DNA of 34,456 bases, taken from an uncultured Candidatus Saccharibacteria bacterium (GTDB lineage Bacteria > Patescibacteriota > Minisyncoccia > Phycocordibacterales > JAACPR01). A program made the translations under genes and the position numbers. Location of the stretch: contig CAZIEY010000002.1 in assembly GCA_964538855.1 (NCBI GenBank), positions 219,007 through 253,462 on the forward strand, read 5' to 3'. Shown here one piece after another: positions 1 through 8,730 of this stretch. The notes under the pieces are model-generated. The model ran no database searches, had not been told where the DNA came from, and saw only the letters and a program-made list of their open reading frames with translations. How positions within the stretch are numbered: position 1 is the stretch's first letter; the number at the start of each line of letters is the position of its first letter.

Positions 1-15
1 ATAAACTAATCAATA

Positions 16-1134
16 ATGATTAACTCTTCTTTTTCAATACTCATCGTTTCAAATCCATTTGGATATGGACCGACTGGTCAAGCTATAAATCTCATAAAAG
101 GTCTTCAAAATAAATCTAAAGACGAGGATTTTAAATTTAACATCTTCTTTGCGGGATCTGGTTTATGTTTGGATATAATTAAAGATGTTGATGGTATAAA
201 TATTATTGAAGTTGATGAACGGGATGAACAATCATTATTCGATACAATCGAAACAATTCCAAATTTAAAACTTTGTATTGGCGTTCAAAATAGATTTATA
301 CCCATCGCAAGTAAAAAAGCTGGTATTAGATGTTATTTCATAGACGGACTAGCCTGGTTATGGGATCCATATCCTGCTCATTTTTTAATTGCCGATAGAA
401 TCTTGTGGACCGACTTCCCCACCCTCAATACTTCGAAAATAGAGAATGAAAAAGTTACCATTATAGGAGAACTCGCGTCTAAAGTAATTTGGAAACCAAG
501 AACCAAGGATGAATTTATTCTGTTATGTTTAGGTGGCCAAGAAAATCCCTTAAGATCTGGATTGCAAGAAAATTATCTAAAACTCACACAAATTGTAATC
601 AATCGTGTAGCACTAAAAACTAACATCAATATAATAGTCACTCTAGGACAAAGAGCTCGTCAATTCATAGAGCAACTACCAGAGGGTAGCTCATTGGTAA
701 AGTTTCTAAGTGTAAGCCATAAAGATAATCTTGAATTATTTTCTTATTGTAAAAAGTTTATTAGTGTAGGAGGTCAAAGCAGCACATTTGAATCTTTAAA
801 CTCTAATATACCTACAATATTCTACCTTCCATCAAACTTAAGCCAAATTCAACTAATCAAAAAATTTAATCTTACAGAAATAAATTGGGATGATTTTGTA
901 CGTATACCACACACCTTCTACAGCCTATCCGAAAAAGAAGCTATAGACACTCTCGAAGGATATTCTCATGAAATATTAAGTAGTGAGGATACAATATCGA
1001 AAATTGTCGATAATCTTGCAGTACAAATACAAAATCAATCTTATTCTAAAATACAAAACAAATACGATAGCATCAAAAAGGGTGGACATAACGACGTATA
1101 CGATTTTATTAAAAAAGATATCTTTAATGTATAA
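16..1134 (+). CDS. GT-B fold glycosyltransferase-like protein (GT1/MurG-like), specificity unknown
   Basis: The 372-aa ORF fills the interval. The N-terminus (SNPFGYGPTGQAINLIKGL) resembles the GT1 G-x-G-D/H-x-x-P loop. The C-terminal ISVGGQSSTFESLNSNIPTIF resembles the GT28/GT1 nucleotide-sugar binding segment. The assignment is by motif only. Confidence 0.45.
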   Translation: MINSSFSILIVSNPFGYGPTGQAINLIKGLQNKSKDEDFKFNIFFAGSGLCLDIIKDVDGINIIEVDERDEQSLFDTIETIPNLKLCIGVQNRFIPIASKKAGIRCYFIDGLAWLWDPYPAHFLIADRILWTDFPTLNTSKIENEKVTIIGELASKVIWKPRTKDEFILLCLGGQENPLRSGLQENYLKLTQIVINRVALKTNINIIVTLGQRARQFIEQLPEGSSLVKFLSVSHKDNLELFSYCKKFISVGGQSSTFESLNSNIPTIFYLPSNLSQIQLIKKFNLTEINWDDFVRIPHTFYSLSEKEAIDTLEGYSHEILSSEDTISKIVDNLAVQIQNQSYSKIQNKYDSIKKGGHNDVYDFIKKDIFNV

Positions 1135-1142
1135 TGTAAAAT

Positions 1143-1973
1143 ATGTCTAAAATATTAGTGACGGGCGGCAAGGGTTTTATTGGATCTCATTTAGTCGATA
1201 GGTTGGTCGAAAATCATGATGTGATAGTAATAGATAATGAATTATCTGGTCACAACGTAAATCCTAAAGCCACTTATCATAAAGTTGATATACGTAAAAA
1301 AGAAGATATTTCAAAATTTTTTAATGGTATCGATTATGTATTTCACATGGCAGCTATACCTCGCACAGTGTGGTGTATAGACGATCCAATCTTGTGTTAT
1401 GAAACAAATATTATGGGATCGTTAAATGTATTAGAATCAGCACGACAACACAAAATAAAGCGTGTAGTACTAACATCAAGTAACATTGTGTACGCAGCCG
1501 ATACACCCTATAAAACTAGTAAGATTGGGATGGAACAAATTGCTCAGGTATACTCGAGTTTGTATAACCTTTCGACTGTCTGTCTTAGAAATTCTAATGT
1601 ATACGGCGCACGCCAGAGAGAAGATGGAATCGGACCAAATTGTTTTGCATCAATCAAAAAATCAATTAGAGAAAATGGCTATATACAAATTACTGGTGAC
1701 GGAGAACAAACGAGAGACTTTACCCATGTATCAGATATAGTAGAAGCACACATACTTGCTATGAATCATACAATTCAAGGTAATATTGATTTGTGTACTG
1801 GTAGAAATGTAACACTTAATTATGTCGCATCTCTTTTTAATGCACCAATTAAATATATTCCCGAAAGAACTGGTGACATTAAACACATCGTTCAAAATAG
1901 TACAATAACGGAAAACATATTGAATTGGAAAGCCAAAGTTAAGTTAGAGGATGGTATCAAAGATGTACTTTAA
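1143..1973 (+). CDS. NAD-dependent sugar epimerase/dehydratase (extended SDR family)
   Basis: Rossmann motif VTGGKGFIGSHLV at the N-terminus. TSS...YKTSK fits the Ser / YxxxK catalytic pattern. The gene starts 9 nt after the previous ORF. Confidence 0.85.
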   Translation: MSKILVTGGKGFIGSHLVDRLVENHDVIVIDNELSGHNVNPKATYHKVDIRKKEDISKFFNGIDYVFHMAAIPRTVWCIDDPILCYETNIMGSLNVLESARQHKIKRVVLTSSNIVYAADTPYKTSKIGMEQIAQVYSSLYNLSTVCLRNSNVYGARQREDGIGPNCFASIKKSIRENGYIQITGDGEQTRDFTHVSDIVEAHILAMNHTIQGNIDLCTGRNVTLNYVASLFNAPIKYIPERTGDIKHIVQNSTITENILNWKAKVKLEDGIKDVL

Positions 1974-2965
1974 AACTGCCGCAAATACTCTTTTTCATCA
2001 ACATTAGCAACCATATCGTCAGAGACTCTAATAATTGACTCTGTTGTTTTTTCACAGATATCTATTAACTTTAAGTGATTGATAAAACATGTATTCTTAC
2101 GACTCTTACTCATCTTTTGACCATCAAATGCTTGCAGTGTTGGACAAAAAAGCATTTTAGGTTCTTTAAATTCTTTAAAATACGTCTTCATAAATGTCTT
2201 TCTTACATTGTAATCACCCTCACTGTAATGATCTCCACCACTCATAGTCACTTCTGTTTTAAATATCTTTAACCGAGCTGTTAACATTGCTTTGTGATAC
2301 CACCAATAATCAAAATACTTAAATGCAGAAATAACCTTATGGTTACATTTGTGGCATTCCCAGGATATTTTATTTTTTATTACAATAGTATCTCCGTGTG
2401 CACTTCTACATTTAGGGCAAATAACACCGGCATACTTAATCGGCGTCTGCAATACATCATGTCCGCTGTACTTTTTAAATATTTTTGATTGTTTTACTGG
2501 ATTTTTTATAGTTTCTAATAATAATCTTTTAAAATGCGTTTTCTCCTTGAGAGATGAATTTCTCACTAAATTAATGGTAACGAACGGAAAATCTTTTATC
2601 ACAGATTTTTTAAAACACCCCTCAATGATTGGTTGCCAATGATCTGCTATATAAGTACAGCAACTACAGGTTGATTTTGTAAATTGTAAAGATGTGTTTT
2701 TAGGATAAATATTAAAGGGATACTTTCTAATATCAGGTCCATCCAATTCATCTTGTTCGTAATCGTTGATTGATAAAGTGAATCTAAGTTTGGGAGTTTT
2801 ACCGAGTCTTTTTAGCTCCTTACATAATAAATATGGGTATACAACGATAGATAATAAATTACCGCCATGAAACCCATAAGGTCTAATACCGAAATGAACT
2901 CTTTCGTTTCCTTTTAGTTCTTGGGCAAGTTTTTTTAAACCAGATAAATAAAGATAGGGTTTCAT
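1970..2965 (-). CDS. Class I aminoacyl-tRNA-synthetase-like ligase (class I LysRS-like catalytic core, no anticodon-binding domain)
   Basis: GIRPYGFHGGN is a HIGH-type signature (aa 26-36). GGDH is at aa 243-246 and GQKMSKSRKN (KMSKS signature) at aa 282-291. CPKC...CHKC forms a putative Zn ribbon at aa 183-207. At 331 aa the protein is too short to include a tRNA anticodon-binding domain. Confidence 0.6.
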   Translation of the reverse strand: MKPYLYLSGLKKLAQELKGNERVHFGIRPYGFHGGNLLSIVVYPYLLCKELKRLGKTPKLRFTLSINDYEQDELDGPDIRKYPFNIYPKNTSLQFTKSTCSCCTYIADHWQPIIEGCFKKSVIKDFPFVTINLVRNSSLKEKTHFKRLLLETIKNPVKQSKIFKKYSGHDVLQTPIKYAGVICPKCRSAHGDTIVIKNKISWECHKCNHKVISAFKYFDYWWYHKAMLTARLKIFKTEVTMSGGDHYSEGDYNVRKTFMKTYFKEFKEPKMLFCPTLQAFDGQKMSKSRKNTCFINHLKLIDICEKTTESIIRVSDDMVANVDEKEYLRQF

Positions 2966-2969
2966 AATA

Positions 2970-3923
2970 CTATTTTATAAGTTTAGAAAAATATACATAT
3001 TTACGATACATAAAAGACTTAATAATTCTCTTAGTTGAATTTGGGTCTTCTACTAAATCACAGAAATAGGTTGCGCAATCAGAAAGTGTTGTGAATGTAA
3101 TCCATTCAAACAAATGTGTATCTTTTTGAATTTTATTAACAACAACACTGTTATACCCTTCCAAAAAAGCGTCAAATAACATCATATCGGGTTCATCAGC
3201 ACCATCAGGAAATGACCATTCAACTACCGCAAGTGCCAAATCTTTTATAGAAGGACCTACACACGCCCAATCAAAATCAATAAGACCGACTACATTATCT
3301 TGAGTATCAAAAAATACGTTGCCAGGACGATAATCATTATGAATGATTGATATCTGATCCTTGTGTTCTGTACCAAACTTCAACGCTTTCTCGACCTGTA
3401 AAAGGAATTCTTGTCCACCTTCGAAATTTTGTTTGAAAAATGATTCATGAGATAAGACTCTCTTCAATTCTTTGAGAATGTCTCGCTCACGTGGTACATC
3501 AGTCACAAAATCTTTTAGAGCTTCGGTCATTAGACCTAAATTACATCCAGCATTATATGCCTGTATGCGTGTAGGCAAATGATCTTTATCCACTTGAATG
3601 TGTGCACCAAATAAAAAGTCAAAAACCACGCAAACTGCACCATCAATTAAAGAATATGAATCATGATTTGTGTTTAAAATAACTTTCGGAATAGATATTT
3701 TTTTAGAATCTAAATGTTGTAATAATTTATACTCAAAAACAATGTCTTGTATCGGCAACCTTTTACTGACACGCACAATACTTTTATGTGTTTCCCCTAC
3801 AACAAATACAAAATTATCTGCGGATTCACGCAACAAAATAATTGGGGTCTTTTCCAATAAATTATAATTCTTTAATACATTTTCTATTTTTGATGTCTCT
3901 ATCATGATATTAATTTTAACCAC
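2970..3923 (-). CDS. APH/choline-kinase-fold phosphotransferase
   Basis: IIHNDYRPGNVFF (HxDxxxxN catalytic loop) and LIDFDWA (DFD Mg-binding motif). An alternative start at 3905 (MIETSK) would give an ATGA start/stop overlap with the upstream GT4 gene. Confidence 0.8.
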   Translation of the reverse strand: MVKINIMIETSKIENVLKNYNLLEKTPIILLRESADNFVFVVGETHKSIVRVSKRLPIQDIVFEYKLLQHLDSKKISIPKVILNTNHDSYSLIDGAVCVVFDFLFGAHIQVDKDHLPTRIQAYNAGCNLGLMTEALKDFVTDVPRERDILKELKRVLSHESFFKQNFEGGQEFLLQVEKALKFGTEHKDQISIIHNDYRPGNVFFDTQDNVVGLIDFDWACVGPSIKDLALAVVEWSFPDGADEPDMMLFDAFLEGYNSVVVNKIQKDTHLFEWITFTTLSDCATYFCDLVEDPNSTKRIIKSFMYRKYVYFSKLIK

Positions 3924-5089
3924 AAATCTTTAGTGAGGACAGACCAAGGTTCAAATTCTTTAGCAGAATATTTGGATAGAGTGTCTGTGTACAAATTTAT
4001 ATACTGAGGAACTAACACGTCCCAATCAAAAAGCTCTGCGTGTTTATACCCACCGTGAATAAGTTTCTGTTTCAAATCCTTATTATTAAGCACACGCTTC
4101 ATCACCTCAGCCAACTCATTAACATCACCACAATTGAACAATATCCCACTATAACCATCAATAACATACTCTGGTATCCCTCCGACATTACTTGCAATAA
4201 CAAGGCATCCCGCAGCCTGTGCTTCGATATTTACCAAACCACCGCCCTCTGAAATAGAGGGTACTACTGTAAATTCAGCACCCTTGAGAAGAGCGATTCC
4301 TTCTGACAAAGTTATTGTACCTACAAAACTGACACGATGTTCAAGTCCAAGCTTCTGTACTAATTGTAGCAAATTACCCTTCTCTTCTCCATCTCCCGCA
4401 ATAACTAAATGTAACTTTGGGAAGATATCTTTTATTAAATTAAAAGATTTAATTAGTACATCAATGCCTTTCGAGGGGTCTAATCGTCTAAAAGCAAAGA
4501 TATAGCTTTCAGAAAAGTTTTTAGGTGAAATCTTTTTAATTTCAGATACGTTTATACCAGCATACAATGTTCCAATATTACCTACCTCTGGAAGTAATAA
4601 CTGTAAATGGTTAGATAGAAAATTTGAAACTGAATTAATACAATCTGCTTGTTTTATAGAATCGGGAACAAATTCTACACCCTGGTTCCAAATTAATCCT
4701 GGGTTTGGATCTACAGGATCAGGAATATCCCCTCCAGCAATTGTCATAATTACAGGTACACCCCATTTTCGAGCTAACATCAGGCCAATGAGTGGTAATG
4801 GGCGTCTAACACCCACTACATGTATAACATCTGAGTGTAGATCCAATTCTATTTTTTTTATAGTTTCAATAAGATCACTGAATTCGGTTTCCGTTTTTGC
4901 ACTTGGTACTCTATACACAGAAACACCTTCAATAACCTCAAATGGGGTTAATGTGGAGGGCCACTGTTTAGTGATTATAGAGACTTTGAATCCCAACTTA
5001 ATATAGCGCCTAGACAATTCAGTCACCATTGTTTCTATACCGCCAACATGCGGTGTATATAACGAAGTAATAAAAAGTATTTTTTTCAT
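3902..5089 (-). CDS. GT4-family glycosyltransferase
   Basis: The N-terminus TSLYTPHVGGIETMV and the C-terminal SEGGGLVNIEAQAAGCLVIASNVGGIPEYV (E-x7-E motif) are typical of GT4/GT-B retaining transferases. Confidence 0.85.
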   Translation of the reverse strand: MKKILFITSLYTPHVGGIETMVTELSRRYIKLGFKVSIITKQWPSTLTPFEVIEGVSVYRVPSAKTETEFSDLIETIKKIELDLHSDVIHVVGVRRPLPLIGLMLARKWGVPVIMTIAGGDIPDPVDPNPGLIWNQGVEFVPDSIKQADCINSVSNFLSNHLQLLLPEVGNIGTLYAGINVSEIKKISPKNFSESYIFAFRRLDPSKGIDVLIKSFNLIKDIFPKLHLVIAGDGEEKGNLLQLVQKLGLEHRVSFVGTITLSEGIALLKGAEFTVVPSISEGGGLVNIEAQAAGCLVIASNVGGIPEYVIDGYSGILFNCGDVNELAEVMKRVLNNKDLKQKLIHGGYKHAELFDWDVLVPQYINLYTDTLSKYSAKEFEPWSVLTKDLWLKLIS

Positions 5090-5799
5090 GACTTCTTTAT
5101 CTTATATAAAATCTGACCATCTAACGGATTATTGGAAATTCTGCCCGTAGCATAATTTACGTATTTCTTTTCAACAATGACCAAATTCGAATCTCTGATA
5201 ATTGAATCGAGCTCAAAAGGATTAAATATGTGCACCATAGTTTCTAATTTAGATTCTTCATGTTTAATACTCAAAGGGAAATCTCCGTTTGTGTCTTTTT
5301 TGATAAACACATCCTTTAAAAAGTTTTTAAATACGTTTTTTAAGCCATACTGAGATACATTATATCGATTGTTAACATCGATAAATGCATACCCATCATT
5401 ATCTAATAGCTCAGAAATATGAGACATCACAGACACGCGTTTTGCGTGTGTAGTAACATGTCCCAACACATTCCACAAACATAAGATTAAATCAAATTTA
5501 CCGTCAATAAATTTTTTACCTGAAATATCCGCAATTATAGTTTTAAAGTTATTATTACTATCTAATTGTTCAAGCATATAAGGGCTATTATCAACGAGTA
5601 CAACTTCCCTAATATTCATCTTTGTAGCGATATTACGCGTACGTGATCCAGTACCGGCCCCCAAATCTAATATATTTTTTGGTTTGACTTTAGTTTGTAA
5701 TATAAAAGTATTAATAGATTCAATATATTGTTGTCTTGTCTTAGAATATGAATCGTATTGTTCAGAAAAGCGATCGTAAAAGATATTTGATGAGAGCAT
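5086..5799 (-). CDS. Class I SAM-dependent methyltransferase
   Basis: ILDLGAGTGSRT (motif I) followed by VLVDNSPYM (acidic motif II). There is a 4-nt overlap with the downstream GT4 gene. Confidence 0.8.
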   Translation of the reverse strand: MLSSNIFYDRFSEQYDSYSKTRQQYIESINTFILQTKVKPKNILDLGAGTGSRTRNIATKMNIREVVLVDNSPYMLEQLDSNNNFKTIIADISGKKFIDGKFDLILCLWNVLGHVTTHAKRVSVMSHISELLDNDGYAFIDVNNRYNVSQYGLKNVFKNFLKDVFIKKDTNGDFPLSIKHEESKLETMVHIFNPFELDSIIRDSNLVIVEKKYVNYATGRISNNPLDGQILYKIKKS

Positions 5800-5802
5800 A
5801 TT

Positions 5803-6903
5803 TTATTGTGTTAAAAATTCTCTAATACAATCTGATACATATTTAATTTCCTCTTCAGTTAAATCATTGAACATTGGTAACGCAAGTAAACGGTCAGACG
5901 CATCTTCCGTAACAGGAAATCGATCTTTGCAGAATGAATACATGGGAAATTGAGTTATTGATGGAAAATAGTTTTTACTAACCTCAACACCCTTTTGTTT
6001 TAAAAAATCATGGACAGAATCTCTCGTTATTTTATCTTTAAACAAAACAAAATAGATAAACCAACTTCTTTCGAATTCTGACATTTGTTGGGGCAGTTTA
6101 ATATCTTTGATATCAGACAAATACTTTTTATATAAATCAGATGATTTATTTCTACTACTCAAAATAGCATCAACTCTCTTGAGTTGTTCACGCCCAAAAG
6201 CAGCTTGAATTTCAGTCATTCTAAAATTAAAGCCAAGTGTAACTTTTTTTAACCAATTTTCTCCAGATGCTCTACCCTGATCTCTCATTGATCTGCAACG
6301 TGTTGCCAAATCAACATCATCAGTCACAATCATACCCCCCTCACCAGCTGTAGTTATCTGCTTATTTTCATGAAATCCATATACACTTAAATCACCTAGT
6401 TGAGAGACAGGAAATCTCGCAGAAGGAGTACCAATAGCTTCGCAAGAGTCTTCGATGATTTTTAGTCCATATCGGTCTTTAATTTCTTTAATCTTTTCAT
6501 AATTAACAGGTAAACCCAAAATGTGCACTAACATAATTCCCTTTGTTTTGGGTCCTATTTTTGACTCAATTAAAGACGGGTCGATATTTAAAGTGTTTGG
6601 GTCAATATCAACAAAAACAGGAGTTACGTTTTCAAATAATAATGCATTTGAAGATGCGATATAACTAAATGGCGTGGTAATTACTTCATCTCCTTTGCCC
6701 CAACCCAAAAGACGAACAGCTAAATGGAGTCCGCTAGTTCCACTATTAACTGATATTGCATACTTTTTATTAACATATTGTGCAAATTCATTTTCAAATT
6801 TTTCTACCTCAGAACCACGACTCAATTTCTTAGACTGCAAAACTCTTTGGATTGCATCTATTTCTGTTTGTGTAATATCTGCTTTATAGAGAGGTATCTT
6901 CAT
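5803..6903 (-). CDS. DegT/DnrJ/EryC1/StrS-family PLP-dependent sugar aminotransferase
   Basis: NSGTSGLHLA and SVYGFHENKQITTAGEGGMIVT (PLP-lysine context SxxxxK...GEGG). The length of 366 aa is typical for the family. Confidence 0.9.
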   Translation of the reverse strand: MKIPLYKADITQTEIDAIQRVLQSKKLSRGSEVEKFENEFAQYVNKKYAISVNSGTSGLHLAVRLLGWGKGDEVITTPFSYIASSNALLFENVTPVFVDIDPNTLNIDPSLIESKIGPKTKGIMLVHILGLPVNYEKIKEIKDRYGLKIIEDSCEAIGTPSARFPVSQLGDLSVYGFHENKQITTAGEGGMIVTDDVDLATRCRSMRDQGRASGENWLKKVTLGFNFRMTEIQAAFGREQLKRVDAILSSRNKSSDLYKKYLSDIKDIKLPQQMSEFERSWFIYFVLFKDKITRDSVHDFLKQKGVEVSKNYFPSITQFPMYSFCKDRFPVTEDASDRLLALPMFNDLTEEEIKYVSDCIREFLTQ

Positions 6904-6908
6904 GAATT

Positions 6909-7436
6909 TTACGAAAACATATCATTAATTATTTTACACGCTTCCTCCAATGTATCAACTCTTAAATGAGAGTGGTAATTCAACCAATAATCTTTACTGT
7001 GAGCATTACCAAATATAATAATCGGTTTATTATTTTGATGTGCATAAAAAACCTCCATTGCAGTGCCAATCATACTTGCTTCGGAATATGTATCATTCAC
7101 CAAAAGAACATCACAATAATAGACGTCGTTCAAATCACGGATGACTGCGGCACGCGGATCAGTGAAAACTTCTTTTTCTTCTCTACCCCTTAACGCGTGT
7201 AGCACATTGAATTTGGATGATAAAAGTTCAACTGCCAGATTTCTCCACCCCAAAGAGTCGGCTCTAGACAACCCCCTAATCGGCCCACTTAAAAATACTG
7301 TTTTTGTTTTATTCACAATAATTTGATTTAACCATAAAAACCGTGTCTGAGCAAGAATATAACGCAATTTTCTAACGAATATCCTGCGATACTTTTCTAG
7401 TCCTGCATAGCTTAGCAATTCCCTGTTCTCTGTCAT
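6909..7436 (-). CDS. Nucleoside 2-deoxyribosyltransferase-like (NDT/Rcl/BlsM-MilB superfamily) protein
   Basis: VFLSGPIRG (N-terminal nucleotide-binding strand) and SMIGTAMEVFYAHQNNKPIIIF (GT-x-x-E-x-G/x-x-A...KP catalytic-Glu motif). The start is uncertain: the ATG at 7436 leaves only 10 nt before the divergent recombinase gene, and an internal GTG (VNKTKTVFLSGP) is possible. Confidence 0.55.
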   Translation of the reverse strand: MTENRELLSYAGLEKYRRIFVRKLRYILAQTRFLWLNQIIVNKTKTVFLSGPIRGLSRADSLGWRNLAVELLSSKFNVLHALRGREEKEVFTDPRAAVIRDLNDVYYCDVLLVNDTYSEASMIGTAMEVFYAHQNNKPIIIFGNAHSKDYWLNYHSHLRVDTLEEACKIINDMFS

Positions 7437-7446
7437 TAATTAGTAC

Positions 7447-8730
7447 ATGACTAATACGGAACAAGACCAAATGAAATATTGCTTATATGCTCGTAAATCA
7501 ACTGAAGCAGAAGAGAAACAAGCCCTTTCAATTGATTCTCAAATCAAGGAAATGAAGCAGATTGCCGAGCGTGAGAACTTAACTATAGTTGAGATACGTA
7601 AGGAATCACACTCTGCAAAAGAGTCTGGGCAAAGACCGGTATTTGAGGAAATTGTAAAAGATATCGATACTGGTATATTCAATGGAATTATTACATGGGC
7701 ACCTGATAGACTTTCCAGAAATGCAGGTGATCTTGGAAAGCTTGTAGATAGAATGGATCAAAGAAAGCTAATTCAGATCAAAACTTTTGGTCAAACATTC
7801 ACCAATTCACCAAGTGATAAATTTTTGTTGATGATTTTATGTTCTCAAGCAAAACTAGAGAATGACAACAAAAGTATCAACGTAAAGCGTGGTATGAGAA
7901 CTCGTTGTGAAATGGGTTTATGGCCTGCACAACCTCCTACAGGTTATAGAAAAGTAAATGACAGAACTGCAAGGTGCGAAGTTGAGATTGATCCCGAACG
8001 AGCTGATACTATACGGCAGATATTCGAGAAAATTAGTTATGAAAAATGGAGTGTATCAAAGGTGCATGCGTGGCTACGATATGATCTAAATTTCAAGACA
8101 CACAGAGGATTTCACTTGAGTATCGGTAATGTATTCAAAATAATCAATAATACTTTTTATTACGGTCGCTTTGAATTTCCTCAAGGTGCTGGTATTTGGT
8201 ATGAGGGAAAACATAAACCAATTATCTCTAAGGAACTGTTTGACGAAACGCGAAACTCTATTAAGTCGCAAATGATAAAATCACGAGGTAAGGAATTTGC
8301 TTTTACTCGAATTATGAAATGTGGGGTGTGTGGATCAGGTATTACCGCTGACGAAAAGTTCAAGAAATTAGTGAGTGGCGGAGTTAATAGACATGTCTAT
8401 TATCGATGCACAAAAACGAAAGACAGGAATTGTAAAAATCCTGCACTGAATGAAACCGAACTTATCGAATCACTAATCGATATGGTCGATACTTTGGACA
8501 TAAACAAGGTAAAGCTCACTGCGAAACTTGATTTGGAAATCCAAAAGTTTAAGAAATTACAAGCAATGTTTATAGGAAAAAAGAAAACAGTAAAAATAGA
8601 ACCTATCGATCTCAGGGATTACACGAAGTTCGTATTAAGAGAAGGCGTGTCTTTAGAACAAAGATCTATTTTAGAATGTATTAGCAGTGAACTTATATTA
8701 AAGAATAGAGAAATTAAATTACTTAATTAA
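7447..8730 (+). CDS. Large serine recombinase (resolvase catalytic domain + recombinase domain + zinc ribbon)
   Basis: YCLYARKSTEAEEKQALSIDSQ (catalytic Ser region) and WAPDRLSRN. The recombinase-domain segment includes PTGYRK. The Zn ribbon reads CGVCGSGITADE...YYRCTK...C. An alternative start is at 7471 (MKYCLYARKS). Confidence 0.85.
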   Translation: MTNTEQDQMKYCLYARKSTEAEEKQALSIDSQIKEMKQIAERENLTIVEIRKESHSAKESGQRPVFEEIVKDIDTGIFNGIITWAPDRLSRNAGDLGKLVDRMDQRKLIQIKTFGQTFTNSPSDKFLLMILCSQAKLENDNKSINVKRGMRTRCEMGLWPAQPPTGYRKVNDRTARCEVEIDPERADTIRQIFEKISYEKWSVSKVHAWLRYDLNFKTHRGFHLSIGNVFKIINNTFYYGRFEFPQGAGIWYEGKHKPIISKELFDETRNSIKSQMIKSRGKEFAFTRIMKCGVCGSGITADEKFKKLVSGGVNRHVYYRCTKTKDRNCKNPALNETELIESLIDMVDTLDINKVKLTAKLDLEIQKFKKLQAMFIGKKKTVKIEPIDLRDYTKFVLREGVSLEQRSILECISSELILKNREIKLLN

